Shown: positions 37,237 through 46,985 of the stretch, piece by piece | How the letters are laid out: each line of letters begins with the position of its first letter | Position numbering within the stretch: the first letter of the stretch is position 1 | Assembly (NCBI GenBank): GCA_965227295.1 | Contig: OZ245742.1 | Span: forward strand, 5,856,001 to 5,920,000 | Length of the DNA: 64,000 bases | Direction of reading: 5' to 3' | Origin: Leptonemataceae bacterium | GTDB taxonomy: Bacteria; Spirochaetota; Leptospiria; Leptospirales; Leptonemataceae | Notes under the pieces: generated by a model | Seen by the model: the letters and a program-made list of their open reading frames with translations, nothing else | What the model was told of the DNA's origin: nothing | The model's database searches: none | Position numbers and translations under genes: made by a program

Positions 37237-38019
37237 TTAGCCGCCCACGTCTTCGAGAGCCCCGCGTTCCGACGGCGGCAGGAAGGACGACAGTTTGTCT
37301 TTCACGATCCGCGGGTTATCGCCGGACTGAATCGAGAGAATGCCCTCGATCATGATGGATTTCACGGTCATCTCTTCGTCGCTGCGCAGTTGTAGTTTGC
37401 GGGCAACGGGAATTGCAAACAAGTTCGCGCCCAGCGAGCCGTAGAGCGTGGTAATGAGGGCCGCGGCCATACCGGCACCGATGGCGGCCGGGTCGCCGGA
37501 GCCCAGGTTCTTGAGCATTTGGATGAGGCCGATGAGCGTGCCCACCATACCGAAGGCCGGGAAGAAGGTTCCCAGGTCGTTCCAGAACTTGATGCCGTCG
37601 GCGTGGCGTTCGCCGATGTTGTTCATGTCCGTCTGCAAAATGTTGCGCACGAGTTCCGGGTCCGTGCCGTCCACCACGAGCTGAATGCCCTTACGCAAGA
37701 ACGGCTCGTCCAGGTTTACGAGATCGTCCTCGAGGGAGAGCAGACCTTCACGGCGAGCGCGCTCGGAGAAGTTCACGAGAGTGAGGATGAGATTGCCGAC
37801 GTCCGAAAAGCGCGGGGAGAACGCGAACTTGGTGTAGTTCGGAAAGTTCATGAGCCGCGCCATGGGCGAGGAGATGACCGCCGCCGCCGCGCCGCCCCCG
37901 AACGTGATGAACAGCGACGGGACGTTGAAGATGTCGAGGGGCGACAGGCCGGCCGTGATCGTGCCGAACATGACCAGGCCGAAGCCGACGACCAATCCAC
38001 CTACTGTTGCTAAATCCAT
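37237..38019 (-). CDS. motA: Flagellar motor stator protein MotA
   Basis: ARREGLLSLE, PAFGMVGTLIGLIQML, ALITTLYG, GDNPR. Confidence 0.95.
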   Translation of the reverse strand: MDLATVGGLVVGFGLVMFGTITAGLSPLDIFNVPSLFITFGGGAAAAVISSPMARLMNFPNYTKFAFSPRFSDVGNLILTLVNFSERARREGLLSLEDDLVNLDEPFLRKGIQLVVDGTDPELVRNILQTDMNNIGERHADGIKFWNDLGTFFPAFGMVGTLIGLIQMLKNLGSGDPAAIGAGMAAALITTLYGSLGANLFAIPVARKLQLRSDEEMTVKSIMIEGILSIQSGDNPRIVKDKLSSFLPPSERGALEDVGG

Positions 38020-38052
38020 ACGTGCTTTTCGTATTCCGCGGTCGGCCCGGCG

Positions 38053-38274
38053 CTACGGGCTTTCTCTGGTTATCGACCCGCTTTGCTGGTTGTATGTCAA
38101 AATTTTTTGCTCGTACTCCACGATCCGGTCGATGATCTCGTCGGGGCTTTCCTTCACGGTGTAGCGGCGTTCGTTCGTGAGGACGATCATGGTATCCGGC
38201 ACGCGTTCTACGGTTTCGATGAGCCGGTGATTTAAGTAGAACTCTTCGCCTTTTAATCTGTGCAGCAGGATCAT
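38053..38274 (-). CDS. flbD: Flagellar protein FlbD
   Basis: MI.LHRL.GEEFYLN..LIE..E..PDT.I.L. Confidence 0.9.
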   Translation of the reverse strand: MILLHRLKGEEFYLNHRLIETVERVPDTMIVLTNERRYTVKESPDEIIDRIVEYEQKILTYNQQSGSITRESP

Positions 38275-38574
38275 ACGTGTTTACGCGCTTTGCGCGTCGT
38301 CCGGCGCGGACTCGCGGTCCTCCGCCACCCCCGGCTGCCCTGCACGGAACCGGCTGCGCCGACGGATCACGGAATCGCAAGACGCCCTGCTATCTTATGG
38401 AAGATGATCCAGCGTGTACAGGTTTTTTCGGCCCTGGTACGGTCCGGCTTTGATTTTTTCCACCTGACGTTTCCGGTCTTTCCGGCGACGGCGTCCCGGC
38501 GAATTGCTGGACGCGGGATCATCTTATAGAAGATTATCCGACGCGTATCGCTTCCGCGCTGACTCGGGCCCATC

Positions 38575-40422
38575 TTGATTTTTTCAACTTACACGTTCCT
38601 GGTCTTTTTCGCCTGCGTCTTCGTCGCGCAGTGGATTCTGCTGCCGACCCTGGTGCCGGAGCGGTTCCGGCTGCGGGCGCTGCACGTCCTGCTGCTCGTC
38701 GCATCGTACATCTTTTACATGTTCAGCGTGTGGGAGTACGGGTTGCTGATCGCCGTCTCCACCCTCGTCGACTACGTCGCCGGTCTCATCCTCGCGCATT
38801 ATGATCGCGCGTTGCCGGAGGCCCCGCCGCTCCCGCCGCGGGTGGCGACGAACTTCGGCGTCGACGGCGTGGAACCCGCGGCCCGGGAAGCCGACACCCC
38901 CAACGATGCCGAAGTCGAAGCCCACGTCGCCCGGCACGGCGCGGCGCGGGAGGCCGCCGGCGAGATGGAGCTCAAAAACACGGCGTTGATCCGGCGCACG
39001 GCACTGCTGCTGAGCCTCGCGATGAACCTGGGGATTCTCGCGTACTTTAAGTACTCGGACTTCTTCATCGTCTCCGTGATCCAGTCCATCAACGCGATTG
39101 CGCCGGGCACGGTGGGCCCGGAGGATACGGACGCGCTGTTGTTTCGGTTCATTCTACCGGTGGGCATTTCGTTTTTTACGTTTCAGTCCATGAGCTACAC
39201 CATCGACGTGTACCGCGGCGTAATGTTCGTCGAACGCAACTTTGTGCGCTTCGCGCTCTTCGTTTCGTTTTTTCCGCAGTTAGTGGCCGGGCCCATCGTC
39301 ACGGCCAAAGAGTTTATTCCGCAATTGTACCGGCTGCCGCGCTTCGACTTCGAGCGCATGCGCACCGCGGGGCGCTGGTTCGCCCTGGGGTATTTTAAGA
39401 AGGTGGTGCTCGCCGACAACATGGCGCCGATAGTGGATCAGATCTATGCGCGGCCGGAGTTGTATGACGCCGCCGGTCACTGGCTCGGCGCCTGGGCGTT
39501 CTGGGTGCAGGTCTACTGTGATTTTTCCGGTTATTCGGACATGGCCTGGGGCACGGCCATCTTTTTGGGGTACGCGCTGCCGGAGAACTTTCGTTTGCCG
39601 TACTTGAGCAAGTCCGTCACCGAACACTGGCAGCGCTGGCACATTTCGCTGATTCGCTGGAACCGCGATTATCTGTATTTTCCGCTCGGCGGCAACCGCG
39701 CGGGGTTCTGGCGGCACAAGTTCAACGTCTGGTTTACGATGTTCGCCGCCGGCGTGTGGCACGGCGCCAACTGGACGTTCGCGCTCTGGGGCGCGATCCA
39801 CGGATTGATATTAGCGGTAGAGTCTGCTGTGCGTGAGTTAAGGAAGAAGTCGAAGGATGCCTCGGAAGCGGCGATGCGGGCGGCTCAGCAGGCGCGAGCG
39901 GGAGCTGTACAGGGCGCGGGCGGCGAACGGGGCGCGCGCGAAAAATTGAGTGCGAGTTCTGCATCCACGAGTGCCCAGGGTGCGGGTGAAAACGGACGGG
40001 GCGCGGGCAAAAAATTGTTGACATCTGAGAAAAAACGTGCTCGCCCCCTGCCGCGGTGGCGCTCGGAGCGCTGGTATCTGGACGTGCTGAAGTTCACTGC
40101 GACTTCTTTCGTTACGGTGTTCTTCGGCACTATGTTTCGCTCGGCAAATATTAACGATGCGTTCTTGATTATGGAACGCATGTTGTTTCTGAACGTTCCG
40201 GTGCAGGCATTGTCGGTGGCGGCTCTGGAAGACAGCGTGATGTGGGGCGTGTTGTTCGTCTATGCCGGGCATGTGTTGGGCTGGTATGTGTTCGAGCGCA
40301 AATGGTTGCGGGACTTCCGGTTGCACGCCTGGGTGGAGTGCGTGTTGTGGGTCGTGTTCGTGTTTGTGTGCTGGCAGTTCGGCTACTCGGGCGTGGCCCC
40401 GTTTATCTACTTTGTGTTCTAG
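38575..40422 (+). CDS. MBOAT family O-acyltransferase (AlgI/DltB-like)
   Basis: LPVGISFFTFQSMSY, FPQLVAGPI, DFSGYSDMA, WHISL, GVWHGANWTF. Confidence 0.93.
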   Translation: MIFSTYTFLVFFACVFVAQWILLPTLVPERFRLRALHVLLLVASYIFYMFSVWEYGLLIAVSTLVDYVAGLILAHYDRALPEAPPLPPRVATNFGVDGVEPAAREADTPNDAEVEAHVARHGAAREAAGEMELKNTALIRRTALLLSLAMNLGILAYFKYSDFFIVSVIQSINAIAPGTVGPEDTDALLFRFILPVGISFFTFQSMSYTIDVYRGVMFVERNFVRFALFVSFFPQLVAGPIVTAKEFIPQLYRLPRFDFERMRTAGRWFALGYFKKVVLADNMAPIVDQIYARPELYDAAGHWLGAWAFWVQVYCDFSGYSDMAWGTAIFLGYALPENFRLPYLSKSVTEHWQRWHISLIRWNRDYLYFPLGGNRAGFWRHKFNVWFTMFAAGVWHGANWTFALWGAIHGLILAVESAVRELRKKSKDASEAAMRAAQQARAGAVQGAGGERGAREKLSASSASTSAQGAGENGRGAGKKLLTSEKKRARPLPRWRSERWYLDVLKFTATSFVTVFFGTMFRSANINDAFLIMERMLFLNVPVQALSVAALEDSVMWGVLFVYAGHVLGWYVFERKWLRDFRLHAWVECVLWVVFVFVCWQFGYSGVAPFIYFVF

Positions 40423-40639
40423 ATCTCCGGTCTACAATCCACACAGGCCCGCGAGCGCGCGCGCCGAGGTTCGGTAGCCTCGGCGCGCGCGTTCGCGGGG
40501 CGGACCGTGTCAGACTCGCAGCGGGGCGGCGAAATCGCGCGCGTTCTCGGGAGCCCCGCCCGTGAGACTCACAGCCGCGGCCCTCTTTCGCCCCCCTGCC
40601 GGACGCCCGCTGCGAAAACAAGATTCAATCGGCGATTTC
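40423..40639 (+). repeat. Left 217-bp inverted repeat
   Basis: ATCTCCGGTCTACAATCC...GGCGATTTC. Confidence 0.95.
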
Positions 40640-42291
40640 CTCAGCTGAATCTGCTCTATTATACTGCGCTAGCGCAGGATGTTCTGGGCCGGGCGTATCC
40701 GAAGTTCTGTCCGCATTGTGATGTTGAAATGCACACGCCTGTGGCCGGGCGCGAGACCGCGGTGCGTTGCGAAACCTGTCACTACATGGGCTCGCGCACG
40801 GCGGGCACCCCGCTGGATCACTTAAAGTTACCTCTCTGGACGTTTAGCTATGTGCTTGGCGAGGCCGTGCAGACGTTCCCGCAGATGATCTCCGCGGCGC
40901 AGATTCAACGGCGGCTCGGATGTTCGAAACAGGCTTCGCTGAATCTCAAGCGGCGCCTGCAATTGTTCCTCACGGACCTCGTGCCGGCCGTCCGCGAACT
41001 GGTGAAGCGCGATCTTGAAGAGGCGTTTTCTGACCTGAAATTGCCGGAAAATCAAGACGTTTCGAAGTTTGTCGCGAATAAGCCCGTGGTGCACAGCGAC
41101 ACCCTCGCCTTGTTCTCGGCAACGCAGCGCAGTAACGGCGGTCGCGCAAGATGGAAACATACCGGACAGACCGCAAGCATCTATCTTTCGGACAAAGTCG
41201 CGGAGCAACGTGGCAAAGTCCAGATCGGAACGCTCGCGCATACCGTTGCGATTATGAACGGGCCGGTGCTACTTACGTCCGTTCGCGATCAAACACAGAA
41301 GAGTCTTGAACCTTCTTTCAACTTCTTGCCGCGCCTGACGCCGATCATGACGGACGAAGGCACGCCGTGGCTGTCGCGTTACTTTCCGAATCATCGCGCC
41401 GTAAATCACAGCGCCCGCGCGAAGGACAAACAGCGCAGCAAGTGGGCGCGGGATCGCTGGAGCCGCAACGGCGTCCACAATCAGGTCGCCGAAGGCAACC
41501 AGCGAATCGTTAAGATGAGTTTCCTCGCAGCTTACGGATACTTCGATCCGAAGTACTCGCAGTTGTATCTCAATGAATACTCCGCGCTCAAGGCCCTGAA
41601 GCTCCACGGCCTCGATAGTCTGCTTTCTCTATCAAATCCGACCGGTGTGGGGAATGTAGACCACAGATATAGCGCCCTGCCCTCCGGGCTTCCCGTCGGC
41701 ACGGGCCTCAGCATATTTCATCGCAAAGTGCAGGAGAATCTGTATATCCCACCGCAATTGCACGATCGCAAGGGCCTCGACTATAGCGACTCGCGGCGGC
41801 AGATTCGCGGAAATCTCAAGCTGATGTTGGACGAACCGGACCTGTTTGCCGCCAAACAGGCCCATGTAGATTACCTGAATTCGTTTCAAGGCCTGCCGCC
41901 GTTTCGAAAGCAGAACGAAAAGAAATACGCCGCGCAAGCGTCGGCGCTCTGGAACGCGCTATCGCGACACGACGCGAAGCTATCCGCCGACGTCGCGCGC
42001 TCCGTGCGCGTCAATCATCGCATGGTATTAAGGATGATTCGACTGTGGACGAAGCTCGGCCTCGTCGAGGCGCGTGAGATTCGCGGCGAGAAGGATCGCC
42101 GTAAACAGTTCTGGGTGTCGCGGCGCGTGTCGCTTCTGCCAGCGCTGCTGTATACCTGGGATCTCGACGGATTCCGCAATCAAACCGAGGCAGGCGTGCC
42201 CGTGGACCGCACGAAGAAAACCCGGCGCGGTAAGCACGGGATAACCGGCAAAGAACGTTCTAAATTTATTCAGGAGATGTATGATGGGTAA
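40507..42291 (+). CDS. IS1595-family-like DDE transposase with long C-terminal extension
   Basis: F.RRFP start, CPHC/CETC zinc ribbon, HTH (AQIQRRLG), HSD...MTDEG...VNHS...HNQVAEG...YLNEY; start codon uncertain. Confidence 0.8.
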   Translation: MSDSQRGGEIARVLGSPARETHSRGPLSPPCRTPAAKTRFNRRFPQLNLLYYTALAQDVLGRAYPKFCPHCDVEMHTPVAGRETAVRCETCHYMGSRTAGTPLDHLKLPLWTFSYVLGEAVQTFPQMISAAQIQRRLGCSKQASLNLKRRLQLFLTDLVPAVRELVKRDLEEAFSDLKLPENQDVSKFVANKPVVHSDTLALFSATQRSNGGRARWKHTGQTASIYLSDKVAEQRGKVQIGTLAHTVAIMNGPVLLTSVRDQTQKSLEPSFNFLPRLTPIMTDEGTPWLSRYFPNHRAVNHSARAKDKQRSKWARDRWSRNGVHNQVAEGNQRIVKMSFLAAYGYFDPKYSQLYLNEYSALKALKLHGLDSLLSLSNPTGVGNVDHRYSALPSGLPVGTGLSIFHRKVQENLYIPPQLHDRKGLDYSDSRRQIRGNLKLMLDEPDLFAAKQAHVDYLNSFQGLPPFRKQNEKKYAAQASALWNALSRHDAKLSADVARSVRVNHRMVLRMIRLWTKLGLVEAREIRGEKDRRKQFWVSRRVSLLPALLYTWDLDGFRNQTEAGVPVDRTKKTRRGKHGITGKERSKFIQEMYDG

Positions 42292-42610
42292 AGTATCGAA
42301 GAAGAAAGCCAGTAAAAAAGCGAAGGAGGAACCGCTGAAGTTCTTCGCATCGCACTTTTGGGACCTCATGAAGTCTCAGGACTACAAGTGCGCACTCACC
42401 GGGCGTGAGTTGACACCGGACAACACCGAAGTCGAGCTGCGCGTGCCGTTCAAGAGCGTGGGCCGGACGGAGTTCTCGAATCACTACATCGTCGTGCGAC
42501 AGTTGGCATACACGGCACGGCATGTGAGCGAAGACGAGATCGTCGAGCTGGCGGCCGACATCATCCGGCATCGCGGCAAGGAGTTCGGCTATGCGCTCCG
42601 CAAAGCGTGA
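42281..42610 (+). CDS. Small HNH-like protein, probably catalytically degenerate
   Basis: QDYKCALTGRELT...ELRVP....G....N pattern; AGGAG RBS; overlaps the transposase stop. Confidence 0.6.
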   Translation: MMGKVSKKKASKKAKEEPLKFFASHFWDLMKSQDYKCALTGRELTPDNTEVELRVPFKSVGRTEFSNHYIVVRQLAYTARHVSEDEIVELAADIIRHRGKEFGYALRKA

Positions 42611-43247
42611 AGACCTGTTCCCGGCGTGGGGCGTCGAGGCGGCGCTCTCGCGCTTAAGAGGCCGGCAGAAGAAGTTTGCTGCGTCGCCGATGGAACGCAA
42701 GCACGTCGCGCGTGACAAACGCTCGTGGAGCTATGCCTGCGTCTCGGCCGTGAACAAGATGCGCTATCGGCACCGCGCCGTCTTTCAGGAATCGCGCGAG
42801 CCGGATGCGTGGTCGTGGGTGATTGCCGTGCAGAAAAAGAAGCTCGTGCGGAAGGTTGACCCGGTCGCGGCGTGGCGGGATGCAGAGTATCGGATTCTGG
42901 AACGATACTACGGCCGGCTGCGCGAACCTCAATCCAAGCAGGATCGCGATCGCTGGCGGTATGTGATTATTCGGCAGCGGTCGTACTTGCGGCGACTACA
43001 GGGGCGAGCAAAATCCGGTCCGCCTTCAAACGACTGGGCCAGAGTTCTTAAAAAAATGGCCCGGATCTCTGCGACACCATCGGAACATAGCAGTGGCCGT
43101 GGTTCCTGGAACTGGCGAACGACTGTGGCAGCCCAACGAGAGAAGCTACGGAACGCCCGCAGGCAGACGGGATGGATGAAGCTTGAAAGCCGACTCCAGT
43201 TCAATCCCGCAGCTCGACCATATCATATTTCTGAACCTGTCCACTAA
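42591..43247 (+). CDS. Highly basic Trp/Arg-rich hypothetical protein
   Basis: Overlaps the previous gene by 20 bp; recurring W-led basic helices. Confidence 0.6.
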   Translation: MRSAKREDLFPAWGVEAALSRLRGRQKKFAASPMERKHVARDKRSWSYACVSAVNKMRYRHRAVFQESREPDAWSWVIAVQKKKLVRKVDPVAAWRDAEYRILERYYGRLREPQSKQDRDRWRYVIIRQRSYLRRLQGRAKSGPPSNDWARVLKKMARISATPSEHSSGRGSWNWRTTVAAQREKLRNARRQTGWMKLESRLQFNPAARPYHISEPVH

Positions 43248-43557
43248 GGATTTGAGCCTTTGCGTAGTGTTCATCGATCACGGACGTGATGCGAATACTG
43301 CCAACCTCTTCGCGCTGATAGTAAACATCATCAGTTCCCGTATCTATAGCTTTTGTCCGAAAGACTTCAAGCTTCTGCCCGGGCTCCGCACCGTCTCGAT
43401 CACCGATACAAATCACGACTACTTCTTCTTTCACATCGACAACGTTGCCTCGCATGCCGTACTTGTGATAGAACTTCGAAAAGCTTGCACACGCGAGCGC
43501 ACTCGAAATCAAAAACAGACATGTCATCAATCGAATCGTTAATTTTATATGTTTCAT
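43201..43557 (-). CDS. Small lipoprotein (FlgT C-terminal-like beta domain)
   Basis: Lipobox ALAC; ICIG..DGA..GQ.L.V...VG.I.I..V....A.A. Confidence 0.65.
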   Translation of the reverse strand: MKHIKLTIRLMTCLFLISSALACASFSKFYHKYGMRGNVVDVKEEVVVICIGDRDGAEPGQKLEVFRTKAIDTGTDDVYYQREEVGSIRITSVIDEHYAKAQILSGQVQKYDMVELRD

Positions 43558-43768
43558 AGAGGATAGATTCAACGTAGAATCGGATTAAGTCCATCAAATT
43601 CGCGACGGCACTCCAAAAAATTCATAGCCTTCGGAGAACCGCACCTCGCGACAATGATCGTTTCATAATGCACGAGAAAGACTACGAGTGCCTGTCGATA
43701 CACTTCACGAACCATGAATGATACAGTGAGCCGTGACCTGACCAAAACTACTTCAATCGTCAGTTTTC

Positions 43769-45826
43769 TTAATCATCGGTCTCGTCGCGCGAAAGATCCA
43801 CGCTGCGCTTAAGCAACTGCGCGTTCACCGCGACGATCACGGTGCTGAGACTCATAAACACCGCGCCCACCGCCGGACTCAGCATGATCCCCAGCGGCGC
43901 GAGCACACCTGCCGCGAGGGGAATGGCAACGACGTTGTAGGCCGTCGCCCAGATTAGATTCTGAATCATCTTGCGATGCGTCGCACGACCGAAGAGCACC
44001 AGGTTGCTGATGTCTTTGGGATTGCTGTGCACGAGCACGATGTCCGCCGTCTCCGCGGCGACGTCGGTGCCGGAGCCGACGGCAATGCCCACGTCCGCCT
44101 GGGCCAGGGCCGGCGCGTCGTTGACGCCGTCACCGGTCATGGCGACGAACTCGCCGTCGCCTTGCAGTTCTTTAACGATGTCCTGTTTCTCGTGAGGCAG
44201 CACGCCCGCATAAAACCCGTTCAGGCCCAGCTCGTCGTGGACGCTCTTCGCGACGGTCTCATTGTCGCCGGTGGCCATCATCGTTTTGATGCCGGTGTCG
44301 TGCAAAATGCGAATCGCCTCGGGAGACTCGGGGCGTATGGAGTCCGCCAGGCCGACAAAACCCTTGAGTTCTCCGTCCACGACCAGAAAGACCACCGTCT
44401 CCGCGCCGGACGCGGCGGCCGAATCGGGAATCGTTATGCCGTTTTCCTTTAAGAAGCCCGGGCTGACCACCTTCACCTCGCGGGAATCCACGGACGCCTG
44501 CACACCCTTGCCGGTGATCGATTGAAAGCCTGACGCCTCCGGGACCGACAGCTCGCGCTTTTCACAGGCTTGAACGATGGCCTGCGCAATAGGATGCTCC
44601 GAATTTTTTTCGAGGGCCCCCGCAAAGCGCAGCACGTCATCCTCCGAAAACGAGTCCGACACGCTCACGACCCGCTGCACGCCGAATTCGCCGGTGGTCA
44701 GGGTGCCGGTCTTGTCGAAGACGATCGTAGAAATTTTGCGCGCGCTTTCGAAGGCGGTCCGATTGCGAATCAGCAGGCCGTTTTGTGCGGAGATGGCCGT
44801 CGAAATCGCGGCCACCAGGGGAATCGCCAGACCGAGGGCGTGCGGACAGGAAATCACCATCACGGTCACCATGCGTTCCAGAGCGAAGACGAACTCGTAG
44901 CCGAGATAGAGCCAGACCGCTAAGGTCAGCGCGCCGGCGGTTAAGGCGACGAAGGTCAGCCAGCGCGCGGCCCGGTCGGCCAGGCGCTGGGTGCGGGACT
45001 TCGTTTGCTGGGCCTCTTCGACCAGGCGAATCACTTTAGAAAGATACGAGTCCTCGCCGGTCTTGTTGACGCGAATGCGCAGCGAGCCCTCACCGTTGAC
45101 GGAGCCGCCGATCACTTCGTCGCCCGCGGACTTGCGCACCGGCTCCGACTCGCCGGTGAGCATGGATTCATTGAGATAGCTGTTACCGTCTTCGATGGTG
45201 CCGTCGGTGGGAACCTTTTCCCCGGGCTTGATCAGCAACAGATCGCCGGACTGTACGTCCTCCAGCGCCACGTCGTTCACGTCGCCGTCCTCGTCGATGC
45301 GATGCGCTTCGTTGGGCATCATCTCCACGAGCAGTTCCAGGGCGCGGGACGCACCGAGCACCGAGCGCATCTCGATCCAGTGGCCGAGCAGCATGATGTC
45401 GATCAGCGTCGCCAGCTCCCAGAAGAACATCTTGCCGGACAGGCCGAAGACCACCGCCGAACTGTAAGCGTAGGCCACGAAGATGGCCAGGCCGATTAGA
45501 GTCATCATGCCCGGGTTGGCCCGGCGCACCTCATCGAACGTGCCGCGCAGAAACGGCCAACCGCCGTAGAAAAAGATCATCGACGACAGCCCGAACAGAA
45601 CGTAGCGGCTCCCTGGAAACTCCAGGGAGAAACCGAGAAACGACTGGATCATCGGCGAAAGAACGAGGACCGGCACGGTCAGGACGGCCGATACCGCCAG
45701 GCGCTTCTTGAAGTCCCGGATCATTTGCCGGTGATGATCGCCGTGATTGTGACCGCCGTGGCCGTCGTGATTACCGTGGTCGTGATTGTGTTCGGCGTGT
45801 TTTTCGTGGTCTTCGTGATGTTTCAT
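43769..45826 (-). CDS. copB: Copper-translocating P1B-3 type ATPase
   Basis: His-rich N-terminus, TGES, CPH, DKTGT, SEHP, GDGVNDAP, YN/MS motifs. Confidence 0.93.
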   Translation of the reverse strand: MKHHEDHEKHAEHNHDHGNHDGHGGHNHGDHHRQMIRDFKKRLAVSAVLTVPVLVLSPMIQSFLGFSLEFPGSRYVLFGLSSMIFFYGGWPFLRGTFDEVRRANPGMMTLIGLAIFVAYAYSSAVVFGLSGKMFFWELATLIDIMLLGHWIEMRSVLGASRALELLVEMMPNEAHRIDEDGDVNDVALEDVQSGDLLLIKPGEKVPTDGTIEDGNSYLNESMLTGESEPVRKSAGDEVIGGSVNGEGSLRIRVNKTGEDSYLSKVIRLVEEAQQTKSRTQRLADRAARWLTFVALTAGALTLAVWLYLGYEFVFALERMVTVMVISCPHALGLAIPLVAAISTAISAQNGLLIRNRTAFESARKISTIVFDKTGTLTTGEFGVQRVVSVSDSFSEDDVLRFAGALEKNSEHPIAQAIVQACEKRELSVPEASGFQSITGKGVQASVDSREVKVVSPGFLKENGITIPDSAAASGAETVVFLVVDGELKGFVGLADSIRPESPEAIRILHDTGIKTMMATGDNETVAKSVHDELGLNGFYAGVLPHEKQDIVKELQGDGEFVAMTGDGVNDAPALAQADVGIAVGSGTDVAAETADIVLVHSNPKDISNLVLFGRATHRKMIQNLIWATAYNVVAIPLAAGVLAPLGIMLSPAVGAVFMSLSTVIVAVNAQLLKRSVDLSRDETDD

Positions 45827-45856
45827 AGATTCCTCCGATGTACCCGGGTGCCTTAT

Positions 45857-46147
45857 TCAGGGACGCCGGGCCGTCGCCTCGCGCAGCGAAAAGTTGTAAA
45901 TCCCGGCGATGCACGCACCACAGAGATACGCCAGCACGAAGCTCTGGAAAAAACCCAGGCCGGCCTCCCACCAGGGCACGTCCATGCGAATCACGCCGCT
46001 GACGTCCAGGCCGTGCAACAGGCTGTTGAAAAAGAGAATCGTCCCTTCGCGTCCCACGCTCATCATCAGAATGATGCAGCCGGCGTACAGCAGCGCCGCC
46101 GTGACGCCCCAGGCGATACCGAACTTAAGTACGTTTATGCGAATCAT
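45857..46147 (-). CDS. Small membrane protein (DUF5676-like)
   Basis: Two TM helices, LYAGC, FFNSLLHG, IYN. Confidence 0.7.
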   Translation of the reverse strand: MIRINVLKFGIAWGVTAALLYAGCIILMMSVGREGTILFFNSLLHGLDVSGVIRMDVPWWEAGLGFFQSFVLAYLCGACIAGIYNFSLREATARRP

Positions 46148-46349
46148 GCGAACCTCCCCGGTGAGAATGACCTTCGTGGCCGTCTCCGCCGTGCATGCCG
46201 CTCATAAGAAAAAAATGCGCGGCGAAACAAATCATCAAAAAGAAGAACAGTGACCACGAGTCGCCGGGCAAAAAGGCCGGTGCGAAAAATATCAACAGCA
46301 GCGGCAGCACGCAGATCAAAAGCATCCATATCATGTGAAATCTCATCAT
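46125..46349 (-). CDS. Small His-rich membrane protein (DUF2933-like)
   Basis: HMIWMLLICVLPL...CFAAHFFLM...His-rich tail; GGAGG RBS. Confidence 0.65.
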   Translation of the reverse strand: MMRFHMIWMLLICVLPLLLIFFAPAFLPGDSWSLFFFLMICFAAHFFLMSGMHGGDGHEGHSHRGGSHDSHKRT

Positions 46350-46407
46350 CAAACCTCCGAAACCAGAACAGCTCCCCGCCGCTTTTTCCGGGACGGGGAG
46401 CTTCGTT

Positions 46408-46950
46408 TTACATTTGAAACTCGGCTTCGTGAACGTGCTTCTTTCCACCGTAGGTGAACTCGGCCTTCACTTTGTAAGTTCCGGAACCCTGCATGGAAAA
46501 ACCGATGCCGTGGTGGTGCATGCCGCCGCCGGCCATCACGTGGCCCTCACCGTCGGCCAGGACCTTGCCGTCCGGCCCGGTGACCGTGATCTTGAGGCCC
46601 TTGGCGTCCTTGATGACCTTCTTCGTATCGAGTTTCATCAGCGTCAGGCTGAGGTGATGCTGACCGGTGTCGTGCATACCGTGCATGTCCACGTTCATCA
46701 TCTTCGCCATATCCGCGTGGCCTTCGGCGGTCATGAGGTCGAAGGCGACCTGAACGCCGTCGTGTTTGACGACCTTCGTCATGTTTTTTCCCGAGTGCAT
46801 GCCGGGATTATGGCCGTCCATCATATCGCCGGAGTGATGGTCACTCATCGCACCGCCGTCATGGTGATCCCCCGGCTCGCCGCCGCAGGCAACGCCCAAT
46901 AAGGCGCCCAAGACGAGGACCGGAATCAATTTCAATAAACTCATAAACAT
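46408..46950 (-). CDS. Met/His-rich lipoprotein, putative periplasmic copper-binding protein
   Basis: Lipobox GVAC; multiple M/H clusters; Ig-like beta C-terminus. Confidence 0.75.
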   Translation of the reverse strand: MFMSLLKLIPVLVLGALLGVACGGEPGDHHDGGAMSDHHSGDMMDGHNPGMHSGKNMTKVVKHDGVQVAFDLMTAEGHADMAKMMNVDMHGMHDTGQHHLSLTLMKLDTKKVIKDAKGLKITVTGPDGKVLADGEGHVMAGGGMHHHGIGFSMQGSGTYKVKAEFTYGGKKHVHEAEFQM

Positions 46951-46985
46951 CTCCTTATATTAAGTTAAATAAAGACTGGCGCCCT

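Noticed and set aside
40415..40430. Canonical 8-bp IS1595 target-site duplication
   Set aside because: No 8-bp direct repeat at any plausible end position; at best a 5/6 match or a 2-bp AT.
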